Below are positions 30,395 to 38,810 of a DNA stretch of 64,000 nt, piece by piece (position 1 is the stretch's first letter; every line of letters starts with the position of its first letter). The stretch comes from Coriobacteriales bacterium (GTDB lineage: Bacteria; Actinomycetota; Coriobacteriia; Coriobacteriales; UBA8131): positions 3,038 through 67,037 of the forward strand of contig JAISGO010000038.1 of assembly GCA_031263025.1 (NCBI GenBank). Direction: 5' to 3'. Position numbers and translations under genes: made by a program. Below the pieces are notes generated by a model. That model saw only the letters and a list, made by a program, of their open reading frames with translations. It did not search any database and was not told the DNA's origin.

Positions 30395-30490
30395 CTGCGC
30401 ACTCCTTTGTCTTGCTTCATGCTTTTGTACCTGTTAGTCTAGCAGTGTCTGTGTCCCATTATTAGCGCGCAGAACGGGGACAATCCTTAC

Positions 30491-30530
30491 TTGACATAGA
30501 GAAGAATCGTGTATATACTATAGTATATAC
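30491..30530 (+). promoter_or_regulatory. mazEF promoter TTGACA-17-TATACT overlapped by a perfect 20-bp palindrome
   Basis: TTGACA 30491-30496, TATACT 30514-30519, GTATATACTATAGTATATAC 30511-30530. Confidence 0.6.
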
Positions 30531-30539
30531 ACTAGGAAA

Positions 30540-30836
30540 GTGAGCACCGTTATGACCACTGCCACATTGACCCGTTGGGGCAACAGCCAAGGCATCCGTC
30601 TCCCCAAAGAACTCTGCCGCGCATGCGGGCTCCGTGTCGGCGCTAAGATCGCGATTAGCCGGGAACGCGATGACAGCATCGTGCTCAAAGCAGTCAAGGA
30701 TCCCGCGCGACCTCACTATCAGCGCAGAAGGATCATGACTACAGAAGAACTGTTCAAAGATTGGCATCCTAGCTCTGCCTCCAAGATCAAGGAAATGGAT
30801 TGGGGCGAAGACGTCGGCAGCGAGGTGGTCGAATGA
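30540..30836 (+). CDS. mazE: MazE/AbrB-type antitoxin
   Basis: LTRWGNSQGIRLPKEL swapped-hairpin motif; GTG 30540 (ATG 30552 alternative). Confidence 0.8.
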   Translation: MSTVMTTATLTRWGNSQGIRLPKELCRACGLRVGAKIAISRERDDSIVLKAVKDPARPHYQRRRIMTTEELFKDWHPSSASKIKEMDWGEDVGSEVVE

Positions 30837-31168
30837 GCGGTTATCGCCAAGGGGAGCTGATCGAGGTGAACTTCTCCCCCAGCCGGGGCCACGAGCCGCT
30901 CAAGACCCGGCCGGCCGTGGTCGTGAGCGCCGATGCCCACAACGCCATGTCCAGCCTCGTCTGCGTCTGCCCGATCACCAGCCTGGATAACGGCTACCCC
31001 CTCCATGTGAAATTGCCCAAAGGTAGCTACGCTCATGGGGCGATTTGCGTCGAACAGCTCCGTTCCGTCGACCTCGTCGCCAGGGGGGCCATCTCTTCTG
31101 GCGAGTTCCTTGACGAAGACACGATGGATCAAATCCTCGAGCGCGTTGGTGCTATCTTTAGCATCTAG
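30833..31168 (+). CDS. mazF: MazF/PemK endoribonuclease toxin
   Basis: GELIEVNFSPSRGHE, TRPAVVVS, VCPITS; ATGA overlap with mazE. Confidence 0.85.
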   Translation: MSGYRQGELIEVNFSPSRGHEPLKTRPAVVVSADAHNAMSSLVCVCPITSLDNGYPLHVKLPKGSYAHGAICVEQLRSVDLVARGAISSGEFLDEDTMDQILERVGAIFSI

Positions 31169-31332
31169 CCGCTAAGAGCGAAGCGGAGGGGTATTACAAG
31201 TTGGCAACCTACGGAAACACATCATGACAGCAGGCGCACCGCCATCCCGCGCCGTATTGCCACTTTTCGTAGAGGCGGCATGCTGCTGTATAATGGGCAC
31301 GATTTGAACGGACGATATGCGAAGGACGCACC

Positions 31333-31755
31333 ATGAAACGACAGATCATTTGCCCGAATTGTAAGACGAAGCTCGAGGTGGAACTCCAAGACGATGCGGC
31401 GACCGGCGCCACTTGCGCCACGACCTGCCCCGAATGCCAGCATGATTTCGCCTTCACGATCGACGACACGACCGAGGACCCAACAGAGCAAGCCTCCGCG
31501 TCCGATTCAACGCCCCAGGCCGCTTCCAGGAATTCCGCAAACAGCGCTTATTATTACTGCGATGACGACGATGACGATTTCGGCTACGACACGGACGAAG
31601 ATGATACAGGCGGCGCCGACTCATTCGGCTACGGCTCCTCCCAACCGGACCAACTCGACCCCAACTCCGTCAATACCACGCTGAACGCCGCCACCCTGAA
31701 CACCCTCGCCGGCAGCCCCATCCCACCCGGCGCCCCCACCTGGTCGGCGGCGTGA
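31333..31755 (+). CDS. zinc-ribbon protein with Asp-rich acidic tail
   Basis: CPNC..(22)..CPEC then DDDDDDFGYDTDEDD low-complexity region. Confidence 0.5.
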   Translation: MKRQIICPNCKTKLEVELQDDAATGATCATTCPECQHDFAFTIDDTTEDPTEQASASDSTPQAASRNSANSAYYYCDDDDDDFGYDTDEDDTGGADSFGYGSSQPDQLDPNSVNTTLNAATLNTLAGSPIPPGAPTWSAA

Positions 31756-31904
31756 GCATGGGCGAATGCAACAATGTACCAAGTACCTCGTTACATGCGA
31801 AACTTAGCGTGAGTAGCGTCTGACAAGTTTGGGAATTTTTCACAGATTATTTGCGAAGCAGCTCGGGGAGTAGAAACGGATGTTGCTTGCTGTAAAATCC
31901 AGTC

Positions 31905-32156
31905 ATGGGACCTAATGATATTCAGATATTGAAAGCACGAAGATCGGATGATTCGCCCGATTCCAGCGTGTTAGTGGTATCAGACAACCTGCTAAAGCTA
32001 AATGACGGACAGGAAGTTTATGCCTTTACTAATAGGCACGGCGGTATAACTATTATCACGGACGCAAACCAAGCAGCTGAGGCAAAGTTCTATGACAGGA
32101 ATCCAGTTGACGCGTGGCCCCCTGATGCGGCAGCGATGGCTAGGGCGGCGTGGTAA
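31905..32156 (+). CDS. hypothetical 83-aa protein, first gene of the Mrr-like operon
   Basis: stop lies 3 nt before the Mrr-like ATG; lower GC than core. Confidence 0.4.
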   Translation: MGPNDIQILKARRSDDSPDSSVLVVSDNLLKLNDGQEVYAFTNRHGGITIITDANQAAEAKFYDRNPVDAWPPDAAAMARAAW

Positions 32157-32159
32157 TTT

Positions 32160-33605
32160 ATGTATTACTATAGGCTGCCAAATCCATTTATTCAGCATTG
32201 CTACAAATGCGGCAAGAAGATCAACACTGAACATGGCCATGGTGAAAAATTTGTTTTCATGGCTGAGCTTGCAGATTATTTTAGCGATTGGGATGACTTT
32301 TTAAAGGCCAATCCAAAGGCAGCTACAAAAGAAGGACGGCATTATATCTTTTGCAAATCTTGTGCAAACCTGCTTGGCTGGCGCAGCGAAACCCAGATAG
32401 CTAAAGCACAAGAGAAAGAAAGATTGAGGGCCGTTAAGCAAGCCGAAAAGGTTGCTGTCAAAGAGGAAAAAGAACGACTGGCACAAGAAAAAATTGAGCA
32501 AGCTACTAAAGACCACAAAGCATACATTCAAGAAAACGCACCGAATTTTGAAGTTTTAGATCACTATCCAAAATTATTTGAACGGATTGAAGCAGAATGG
32601 CGGAATCCGGAATTAGCTACTTTTCTGGCGTTGAAAAATCACGGCAGAGCAACCGCAGATGAAGATAGTAAATTGTTCCCAGATATTTGCGTTATTCCAC
32701 AGGGAATTAGTTATAAGTGCGACTGCAACGATGAAAATAATATTGCAGTTATTGACATAGATTTACCTGATAGGGACTCAGTACCAAATATTCTTGGATT
32801 CCGATCGGCTGGGAACCACTTACCATTAAAAATGAATAAGTCTGAAACGAGAAAATTCTACGATGAAACCGTCTCGTGCCAAATATTGCTTGGAACAAAG
32901 ATTGCAATCGAACAAAATCTTAGTTCCAAAACAGTCGTTGCAAATGGCATAGTCAATTATGTTGACGGGGCAACTGGCCAAGATAAGCGCACATGTATTT
33001 TGTCCGTCGAAATTCCGCGTGAAAAATTTGAACGGATTAATTTCGATCGCATTGATCCTTATGAGTGCGTAAAGAGCTTTAAACCGATAATGGCAGGAGT
33101 ACTGCAAAATCTAACGCCTGTAAAACCGATTTTGACTTTTGACAAAAATGATCATCGTTTTATTGAATCTTCTGAAATCGTTGATAATTTAAGTGAAAAT
33201 CAAAACCTCGCGACTATGCTTTGGGAAGATTTTGAGCACTTGGTACGCGAGCTCTTCGAGCGTTATTTTGAGGGTGATGGAACCGAAGTAAGGGTTACGC
33301 AAGCCAGCCGCGACGGCGGAGTTGACGCGATAGCTTTTGATCCGGATCCGATCAGGGGCGGCAAGTTTGTGATACAGGCTAAGCGTTACAACAACGTGGT
33401 TCCGGTTTCTGCTGTGCGTGATTTATACGGCACAATGATTAATGAAGGCGCAACAAAAGGCATTCTTGTTACGACGGCCTATTACGGACCCGAAACCTAC
33501 GATTTTGCCAAAGATAAACCTATTTCGCTAATTGCCGGCTCCAATCTGGTTTATATGCTGGAACAGTATGGATATCACTTTCGAGTGGATTTAAAGGAAG
33601 AATAA
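32160..33605 (+). CDS. Mrr-like restriction endonuclease domain protein with ~340-aa N-terminal region of unknown function
   Basis: C-terminal WEDFEHLVRELF, DGGVDAIAF, FVIQAKRY, GILVTT (PD-(D/E)xK Mrr_cat). N-terminal CYKCG..CKSC pairs and a Lys/Glu coiled coil. Confidence 0.75.
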   Translation: MYYYRLPNPFIQHCYKCGKKINTEHGHGEKFVFMAELADYFSDWDDFLKANPKAATKEGRHYIFCKSCANLLGWRSETQIAKAQEKERLRAVKQAEKVAVKEEKERLAQEKIEQATKDHKAYIQENAPNFEVLDHYPKLFERIEAEWRNPELATFLALKNHGRATADEDSKLFPDICVIPQGISYKCDCNDENNIAVIDIDLPDRDSVPNILGFRSAGNHLPLKMNKSETRKFYDETVSCQILLGTKIAIEQNLSSKTVVANGIVNYVDGATGQDKRTCILSVEIPREKFERINFDRIDPYECVKSFKPIMAGVLQNLTPVKPILTFDKNDHRFIESSEIVDNLSENQNLATMLWEDFEHLVRELFERYFEGDGTEVRVTQASRDGGVDAIAFDPDPIRGGKFVIQAKRYNNVVPVSAVRDLYGTMINEGATKGILVTTAYYGPETYDFAKDKPISLIAGSNLVYMLEQYGYHFRVDLKEE

Positions 33606-33607
33606 AA

Positions 33608-33670
33608 ATGAAACTTTATCATTATACCTCTGCCGATGCAGCTTTAAATATTCTTGAGCACGGATTGTAA
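33608..33670 (+). pseudogene. 5' fragment (17 codons + 3 foreign codons) of the DUF2971 gene split by the 29.3-kb insertion
   Basis: MKLYHYTSADAALNILE|HGL*; continues in frame at 62955 (see findings). Confidence 0.65.
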
Positions 33671-33871
33671 AACGAACTGTCACATCCCTCCTCAACGCCC
33701 TCATGCGACTATTCCGTTGTAAATTCGAGGCATTTTGCCGCCTCGTTGCGTTAAGTATAGCGCTTATTTTTGATTTGTCAAGGCACGTATTATTTTCCGT
33801 TATGAATAACGGTGTAGTGTGGCGGTTGTTTGTATAAAGCGCCAGGTTTCGCATAATCGAAAGTCGTTTAT

Positions 33872-33920
33872 GAAGCATATTTTATACTAGCATAGTATAA
33901 GCTAGTATAAAATATGCTTC
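33872..33920. repeat. perfect 20-bp inverted repeat spanning the 3' end of the left transposase gene
   Basis: GAAGCATATTTTATACTAGC (33872-33891) / GCTAGTATAAAATATGCTTC (33901-33920). Confidence 0.8.
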
Positions 33921-35053
33921 AACTCTTCTAAGAACTTCTCCTTAGCGCTTCGATAACCAAGAGACTTGCGCCATTTGTTGTTGACCTTTTCGGTAGCCCG
34001 CGCCACGCCTTCGGCCCCGTATTCTGCGATGTTGTGGCCCTTCCTTATCCCCGCCTGGCGCAGTAGTCCGTTGCAGTTCTCGTTCGACCCTCTCTCCCAA
34101 GAATGATAAGCATGCGCATAGTAACAGCGCGTCCGGCACATGTGGATAAAGCCGAGTAGCTCGTACACGGAGGTCTCAAAGTCGTCTGGCCTCGTGAACT
34201 CGGTTCCGTTATCCCAAGTGATGCTCTTGAATATCGCCTGGAATAGCTTACTTCCGATGGTAAGCTCTAAATCATCGAACCATGCGACGACATTCTCATG
34301 GTCTTTTGATTCCAGGTAGGCAGTCAGGTATATGCGGGTCTTGCGCTCAAGTAGGGTCAAGACGACCTCTTTCCTGCCGCCGCGCTTACCGACCACTAGA
34401 TCTCCCTCCCAATGACCGAACTCCTCTCGCGCTTCTACCTCGGCCGGCCGCTCGTCGATGGATTCGCCTCGGGTATACACCTGCTTGTAGGTGTACTTCT
34501 TATGCTTCGCCTTGCGCCTCATCTCGGCCATCGGCAATTTGTCTGCCGAGTAGCCGAGCTTACCATTGTTGGCGTAGTTGTAGATGGTCTTCGTGCAGAC
34601 CGTCTCCGGCAGCTTCCCTTCCATCCTGGCCCGGCCGCAAGCCTCATCAGGCGAGCGCCTGTTCTCGATTATCTCTTGCGCGTACCAAAGCATCGCCTTT
34701 CGGTGCTGCGGTCTTTCGAGTTTGAGCTTCGGTCCCTTTCTCGCCCAACGCGCTTCTGCTCTTCTTTGCGCCACGTCCTCATGATAATAAGGAACCTCCT
34801 CCAACGCTTCACCATCTGACCGGCGTACCCGCCGCACTTCGAGGATTGAACCGCGTTCTATCTCGCGATAGATGGTCTTGCGGCACCTACCTAAGATCTT
34901 GGCGATCCTTGCCACCGGAAGATGAAGCCGGTTCAGAAACAAGTCCAGCGCGTTACGTTCCTTGTCGTTGAAGTACTTACCTTTTCGCTTTCGAACGCCT
35001 TCTTCATCGAGTCCGTCAAGGTACTCCTCCGCAAGTCCGTATATCTTGGGCAA
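33902..35053 (-). CDS. IS30-family DDE transposase (left)
   Basis: HWEGDL, TWDNGTEF, WERGSNENCNGLLR catalytic motifs; N-terminal HTH; TTG start. Confidence 0.85.
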   Translation of the reverse strand: MPKIYGLAEEYLDGLDEEGVRKRKGKYFNDKERNALDLFLNRLHLPVARIAKILGRCRKTIYREIERGSILEVRRVRRSDGEALEEVPYYHEDVAQRRAEARWARKGPKLKLERPQHRKAMLWYAQEIIENRRSPDEACGRARMEGKLPETVCTKTIYNYANNGKLGYSADKLPMAEMRRKAKHKKYTYKQVYTRGESIDERPAEVEAREEFGHWEGDLVVGKRGGRKEVVLTLLERKTRIYLTAYLESKDHENVVAWFDDLELTIGSKLFQAIFKSITWDNGTEFTRPDDFETSVYELLGFIHMCRTRCYYAHAYHSWERGSNENCNGLLRQAGIRKGHNIAEYGAEGVARATEKVNNKWRKSLGYRSAKEKFLEELKHILY

Positions 35054-35173
35054 ATCAGTTCGTTCCTTTCAATGCATAGTATATGCTTTGCTATACTATG
35101 CGGCTATCCGTTTCTTCTATCAGTTTGTCGATAAGATTTTACCCCTGCGGCGCACACCTTTAGCGTTTTCCGC

Positions 35174-35208
35174 TTGACAATAGTATAGTATATGCTATAC
35201 TATACTAT
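35174..35208 (+). promoter_or_regulatory. parA(L) promoter TTGACA-16-TATACT overlapped by the palindrome ATAGTATAGTATA-TGC-TATACTATACTAT
   Basis: TTGACA 35174-35179; IR 35180-35192 / 35196-35208; related IR GCATAGTATA/TATACTATGC at 35074-35101. Confidence 0.6.
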
Positions 35209-35269
35209 GTTAGGCTACTATAGAATAGTCTTCAATGTACTATGCTATGCGTGAGAAAGAGAGGTATGT

Positions 35270-35818
35270 ATGAAAACCGTTTTGTTGGTGAACCAAAAGG
35301 GAGGAAGCGGCAAGACCACCATCGCTGATGAGTTGGTCTTCAACCTGGAGCGAAAAGGCCACAAGGTGACCTTCCAATCGCTTGACGCCCAAGGCGGTTC
35401 TATACACTATGGCAGTATGCCAGACGAGGACACCGAGTACCGCGTGATCGACTCGCCCGGCGCCATGCCGAAAGAGTTCAAGAACTGGTGTTCGGCGGCT
35501 GACATCATCATCATCCCGACCAAACCCGGGATTCCCGACCTTGCGCCTTTCAATCGTACCTACTCCGCCGCCCGGCAGGCCGCGCCGAAAGCGCACATCG
35601 GCATCGTCGTCAATTTCTACGACGCCAGGCGGGTGGTCGATCGCAACTTCGTGGAGGAGTTCGTTAAGCCGCTCATGTTAGACGTCTTTGCCTATATCCC
35701 TTCCACCACCCAGGTGGCCCGCGCCCAGGCTGAACAGATCTCCGTCTTTGACTATGACCGCAACTCGGAAGTGGCTAAGGCGTTTGACGCTCTCGCAGAC
35801 AAGGTGTTGTCTCTATAG
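35270..35818 (+). CDS. parA: ParA/Soj-type partition ATPase (left)
   Basis: deviant Walker A NQKGGSGKTT; ~45% identical to 60782..61333. Confidence 0.85.
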   Translation: MKTVLLVNQKGGSGKTTIADELVFNLERKGHKVTFQSLDAQGGSIHYGSMPDEDTEYRVIDSPGAMPKEFKNWCSAADIIIIPTKPGIPDLAPFNRTYSAARQAAPKAHIGIVVNFYDARRVVDRNFVEEFVKPLMLDVFAYIPSTTQVARAQAEQISVFDYDRNSEVAKAFDALADKVLSL

Positions 35819-35879
35819 CAAATACTATACTTTGCTATACTATGCTATTATATAATATGCTAAGAAAGGAATATGCTAA

Positions 35880-36224
35880 ATGAGTACAGACATTTTCGCA
35901 GAGTCGGCGCAAGCTGCTTTAGACGCACAAGACGAAGCGATGTACGCACCGGTCCCTATGGATAAGCCCGATACGAGCAAGCGCCCGAAACGTGCCTCCC
36001 ACAAGACCTCAAAGCCGACGACTTCCGCCAGGAAAGCGGACACCGCACCCGGCGAGTATCACGTCAAGCCTGCGAACGAGCGACGCGACTGTAAGGTGCT
36101 CGTTGGGTTCACTCCGTCCGAGCGCGAGCTACTCGAGCTCATTAAGACCGCCGAGGAACGTCCGCTCACACAGGTGATCGTCCGGGCGGTCAAGGAATAC
36201 TATAAGAACCACTACCAAGCCTAG
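35880..36224 (+). CDS. ribbon-helix-helix (CopG-like) protein
   Basis: C-terminal RRDCKVLVGFTPSERELLELIK..VIVRAVKEYYKNHY; ~50% identical to 60170..60385. Confidence 0.6.
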   Translation: MSTDIFAESAQAALDAQDEAMYAPVPMDKPDTSKRPKRASHKTSKPTTSARKADTAPGEYHVKPANERRDCKVLVGFTPSERELLELIKTAEERPLTQVIVRAVKEYYKNHYQA

Positions 36225-36240
36225 TTGAAGGAGGGGCAGC

Positions 36241-37644
36241 ATGAGACATAAGTCTCGCGAGAAGATAACCACCTATACCCTCATGAACAAGAACACCCCT
36301 GTTCTTGAGTTCGAGTATGCTCTTGCTTCCTCCACTATAACTGCTATCACCGCTCTGATTAACCCGGCGTATGCGCCTCTCGACGCATCACGCGCTTATA
36401 GCGATGGCGTGATAACCGAGGAATCCCTCAACGAGTGGTGGAGGAAGCGGGGCATCCCCTCTTCCCGTCAACATTTAGCAAACGCAGAAGACGTACTGCC
36501 GGCTTCGATGATGGAGCTACTTGAACACAACTATGGTCTATCGCTTTCCGATCAGTATTGGCTCAACGATTCGCGCTCGCCCAAGAGATGGGCCGAAGTG
36601 AACTTCTTCACCAATCCTTTTAGTGTCGACATCGGCCGTGCGCTTTTCGGCGGGGTGTCTTCGGAGGAGGCATTAAGCAACGACTTTTCCCTTATCTCAC
36701 CCGACGTTACCACCGGCGGGGTCTTACAAAAGAAGTGGATTATCGACGAAGGCCAACGCGTTCTCGTCAAAGGCGCCGAGGGCCAAGATCGCCAACAGGT
36801 CTTTAACGAGGTGATTGCCACCGAGCTGTATAGCAGATTGCTACCGCCAGATGAATACGTTACTTATAAGCTTATCAAAGAGGGCCATAAAGTCTATTGC
36901 GCATGCGGGGACATGATAGACATTGACGAAGAACTTGTAAGCGCAAAAGCGATTCGGCTGCATTTCGCCCGAGAGGAGAAAACGAGCGACTACGAACATC
37001 TCGTAAATTCTTACGAAAAGCTCGGCGTCAGCCATGCGGTTACAGCTACTGCCTTTTCCAAAATGCTTGTCTGCGACGCGCTTATGGCAAACGAGGATAG
37101 GCATACGGGTAACTTCGGCGTCATTAGGGACGTGAACAGTCTGGAGATCAAACGCATCGCCCCCCTTTGGGATACCGGTAACTCTCTCTTCTTCGACAAT
37201 GCCAGTCTTCTTTTGACACCTGGCTACGAATGGGAGTTCCGTTCAAAACCGTTTGCGGCGCGTATGAAGACCCAACTGGAATATGTGGACGATTATTCTT
37301 GGTATGACCCCAAATCCCTCAAAGGGTTCAGAGATTACGTGGCAGAGAAACTTTCGGAGATCGCACTTTATAAATCGTCTGGCCTAGACGTAGCGATTGC
37401 CGCTAGTGTCGATTGCCGCCGCGACTATATAGACAAGCAAGCTCGCGAATGGCAACTGAATCACAGCCGGAATCATATGTACAACGAAGCCCAAATCGCT
37501 AAACCCAGCGACGGGAAAAATCAAGTTCAACCGAACCTCGGTCCGCACCACATGGAGGACCTTGTTGCCCAAACGACAAGGGTTTCCGAAGCCCGCGAAG
37601 AGACGCGCGGAGGGCATGGCGGGCACGAAGAACCTAAACGCTAG
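36241..37644 (+). CDS. HipA-like Ser/Thr kinase toxin homolog with portable C-terminal tail
   Basis: HipA_C catalytic loop MANEDRHTGNFGVI; RBS GGAGGGG; tail NLGPHHMEDLVAQTTRVSEA. Confidence 0.7.
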   Translation: MRHKSREKITTYTLMNKNTPVLEFEYALASSTITAITALINPAYAPLDASRAYSDGVITEESLNEWWRKRGIPSSRQHLANAEDVLPASMMELLEHNYGLSLSDQYWLNDSRSPKRWAEVNFFTNPFSVDIGRALFGGVSSEEALSNDFSLISPDVTTGGVLQKKWIIDEGQRVLVKGAEGQDRQQVFNEVIATELYSRLLPPDEYVTYKLIKEGHKVYCACGDMIDIDEELVSAKAIRLHFAREEKTSDYEHLVNSYEKLGVSHAVTATAFSKMLVCDALMANEDRHTGNFGVIRDVNSLEIKRIAPLWDTGNSLFFDNASLLLTPGYEWEFRSKPFAARMKTQLEYVDDYSWYDPKSLKGFRDYVAEKLSEIALYKSSGLDVAIAASVDCRRDYIDKQAREWQLNHSRNHMYNEAQIAKPSDGKNQVQPNLGPHHMEDLVAQTTRVSEAREETRGGHGGHEEPKR

Positions 37645-37656
37645 AAGGAAACGGTG

Positions 37657-38460
37657 ATGACGACCCAAGACCTCATAAACGCGCTACTGGAGCAACGCAG
37701 GTTGCAGATAAACGGTAACGTCTACTGGCAGACCCAGATCGACCTGGCCTATAACTCGAATAGGATCGAGGGTTCCCAACTCACCCACGAACAGACCCGC
37801 TACATCTTCGAGACACAGACGATCTCCGGCGAAAACGTTCCCGTAGACGACGTGGTGGAGATGAAGAATCACTTCCGCATGTTCTATTACATGCTGGACC
37901 ATTTCAAGGAACCCGTGAGCGTCGAGACCATCCAAAGCTATCAGGCAATCCTCAAGGCCGGCACCTTTATGTCGGAGGACCCGAAGATGAACGTGGGGGG
38001 ATGGAAGCTCATCCCGAACGCGGTCGGCAACACCACTACGTCGCTACCGGGACAAGTCGATAACGACGTGAGGGCGCTCCTCGCCGCCTATAACAGGCAC
38101 GTCGAATCCGGCCACGAGGTGACGCTCACGCAGATCGCCGCCTTCCATGCACAGTTCGAGGCGATCCACCCCTTCCTCGACGGCAACGGGCGTACCGGTC
38201 GCATCATCATGTTCCACCAATGTCTCCAGGCGGGACTTATCCCGCCCATCGTCATGGACAAGACCAAGGCGGCCTACTACGCCGGCCTCGACCGCTGGCA
38301 GAACCATAACGACAGCAAACCGCTTCTGGACTATCTCGAAGAATGTCAGGCTGATTATCGCTCAGAATGCGAGTTCCTCCTTGAGGGCAAAGGCAAAGAT
38401 TTGAGTGGCCGCAAACCAGCCGATGTTGGCTACGAGGACATCTTCAAGGCGGACGAATAA
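37657..38460 (+). CDS. Fic-domain AMPylase, class II (N-terminal inhibitory motif)
   Basis: HPFLDGNGRTGR canonical Fic motif; SNRIEG matches (S/T)xxxE(G/N); starts 9-12 nt after the HipA-like stop. Confidence 0.85.
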   Translation: MTTQDLINALLEQRRLQINGNVYWQTQIDLAYNSNRIEGSQLTHEQTRYIFETQTISGENVPVDDVVEMKNHFRMFYYMLDHFKEPVSVETIQSYQAILKAGTFMSEDPKMNVGGWKLIPNAVGNTTTSLPGQVDNDVRALLAAYNRHVESGHEVTLTQIAAFHAQFEAIHPFLDGNGRTGRIIMFHQCLQAGLIPPIVMDKTKAAYYAGLDRWQNHNDSKPLLDYLEECQADYRSECEFLLEGKGKDLSGRKPADVGYEDIFKADE

Positions 38461-38477
38461 GCTTTAGAAACTCCTTG

Positions 38478-38497
38478 ACGCCGCCTGCGGGCGGCGT
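38478..38497 (+). terminator. rho-independent terminator candidate after fic
   Basis: ACGCCGCC-TGCG-GGCGGCGT followed by TTCCTTT. Confidence 0.6.
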
Positions 38498-38537
38498 TTC
38501 CTTTGGCGGCTTTAGCCGCCTCATGACGTTCTTTCCA

Positions 38538-38590
38538 TTACCGTCTCAAGGTTGTATAATCACATTTAACGGTAACGCTGAATAGCCCGT
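38538..38590 (+). other. oriT candidate (left module): 7-bp IR with 24-nt loop followed by GGTAACGC
   Basis: TTACCGT (38538-38544) / ACGGTAA (38569-38575) then CGCTGAATAGCCC; same layout as the right module; upstream of mobC. Confidence 0.4.
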
Positions 38591-38810
38591 TGGTGACAAA
38601 TTAACTCCGCTAATTTTCTCCAACGGCATTCACTCCGAGTCCTGCCAGACTCGGAGAGGCAAACCGCCCGAGGCTTCGCCACCCGGTCGGTTTCGCACAA
38701 AAGACGCAGACTTTGTGCGGGCGTGTCGGCCTGAGCCGCCAACGTCAGGGGGAGACCCCTGAGACCCCTGGTAATGGAGTCCGCAACGACCGAAAGGAGT
38801 TGCGGACATA

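Noticed and set aside
29201-30442. 413-aa plus-strand ORF antisense to DUF2130
   Set aside because: It is Leu/Arg-rich low complexity, generated by the complement of a Glu/Gln/Ala/Lys coiled-coil gene. It has no RBS.
31169-31904. tRNA or att site marking the start of the low-GC accessory region
   Set aside because: I found no cloverleaf-compatible sequence or flanking direct repeat by eye. The boundary remains undefined.
33591-33878. 95-aa minus-strand ORF at the left end of the insertion
   Set aside because: It has no RBS, odd composition and no counterpart at the right end. The region is better explained as the non-coding element end.
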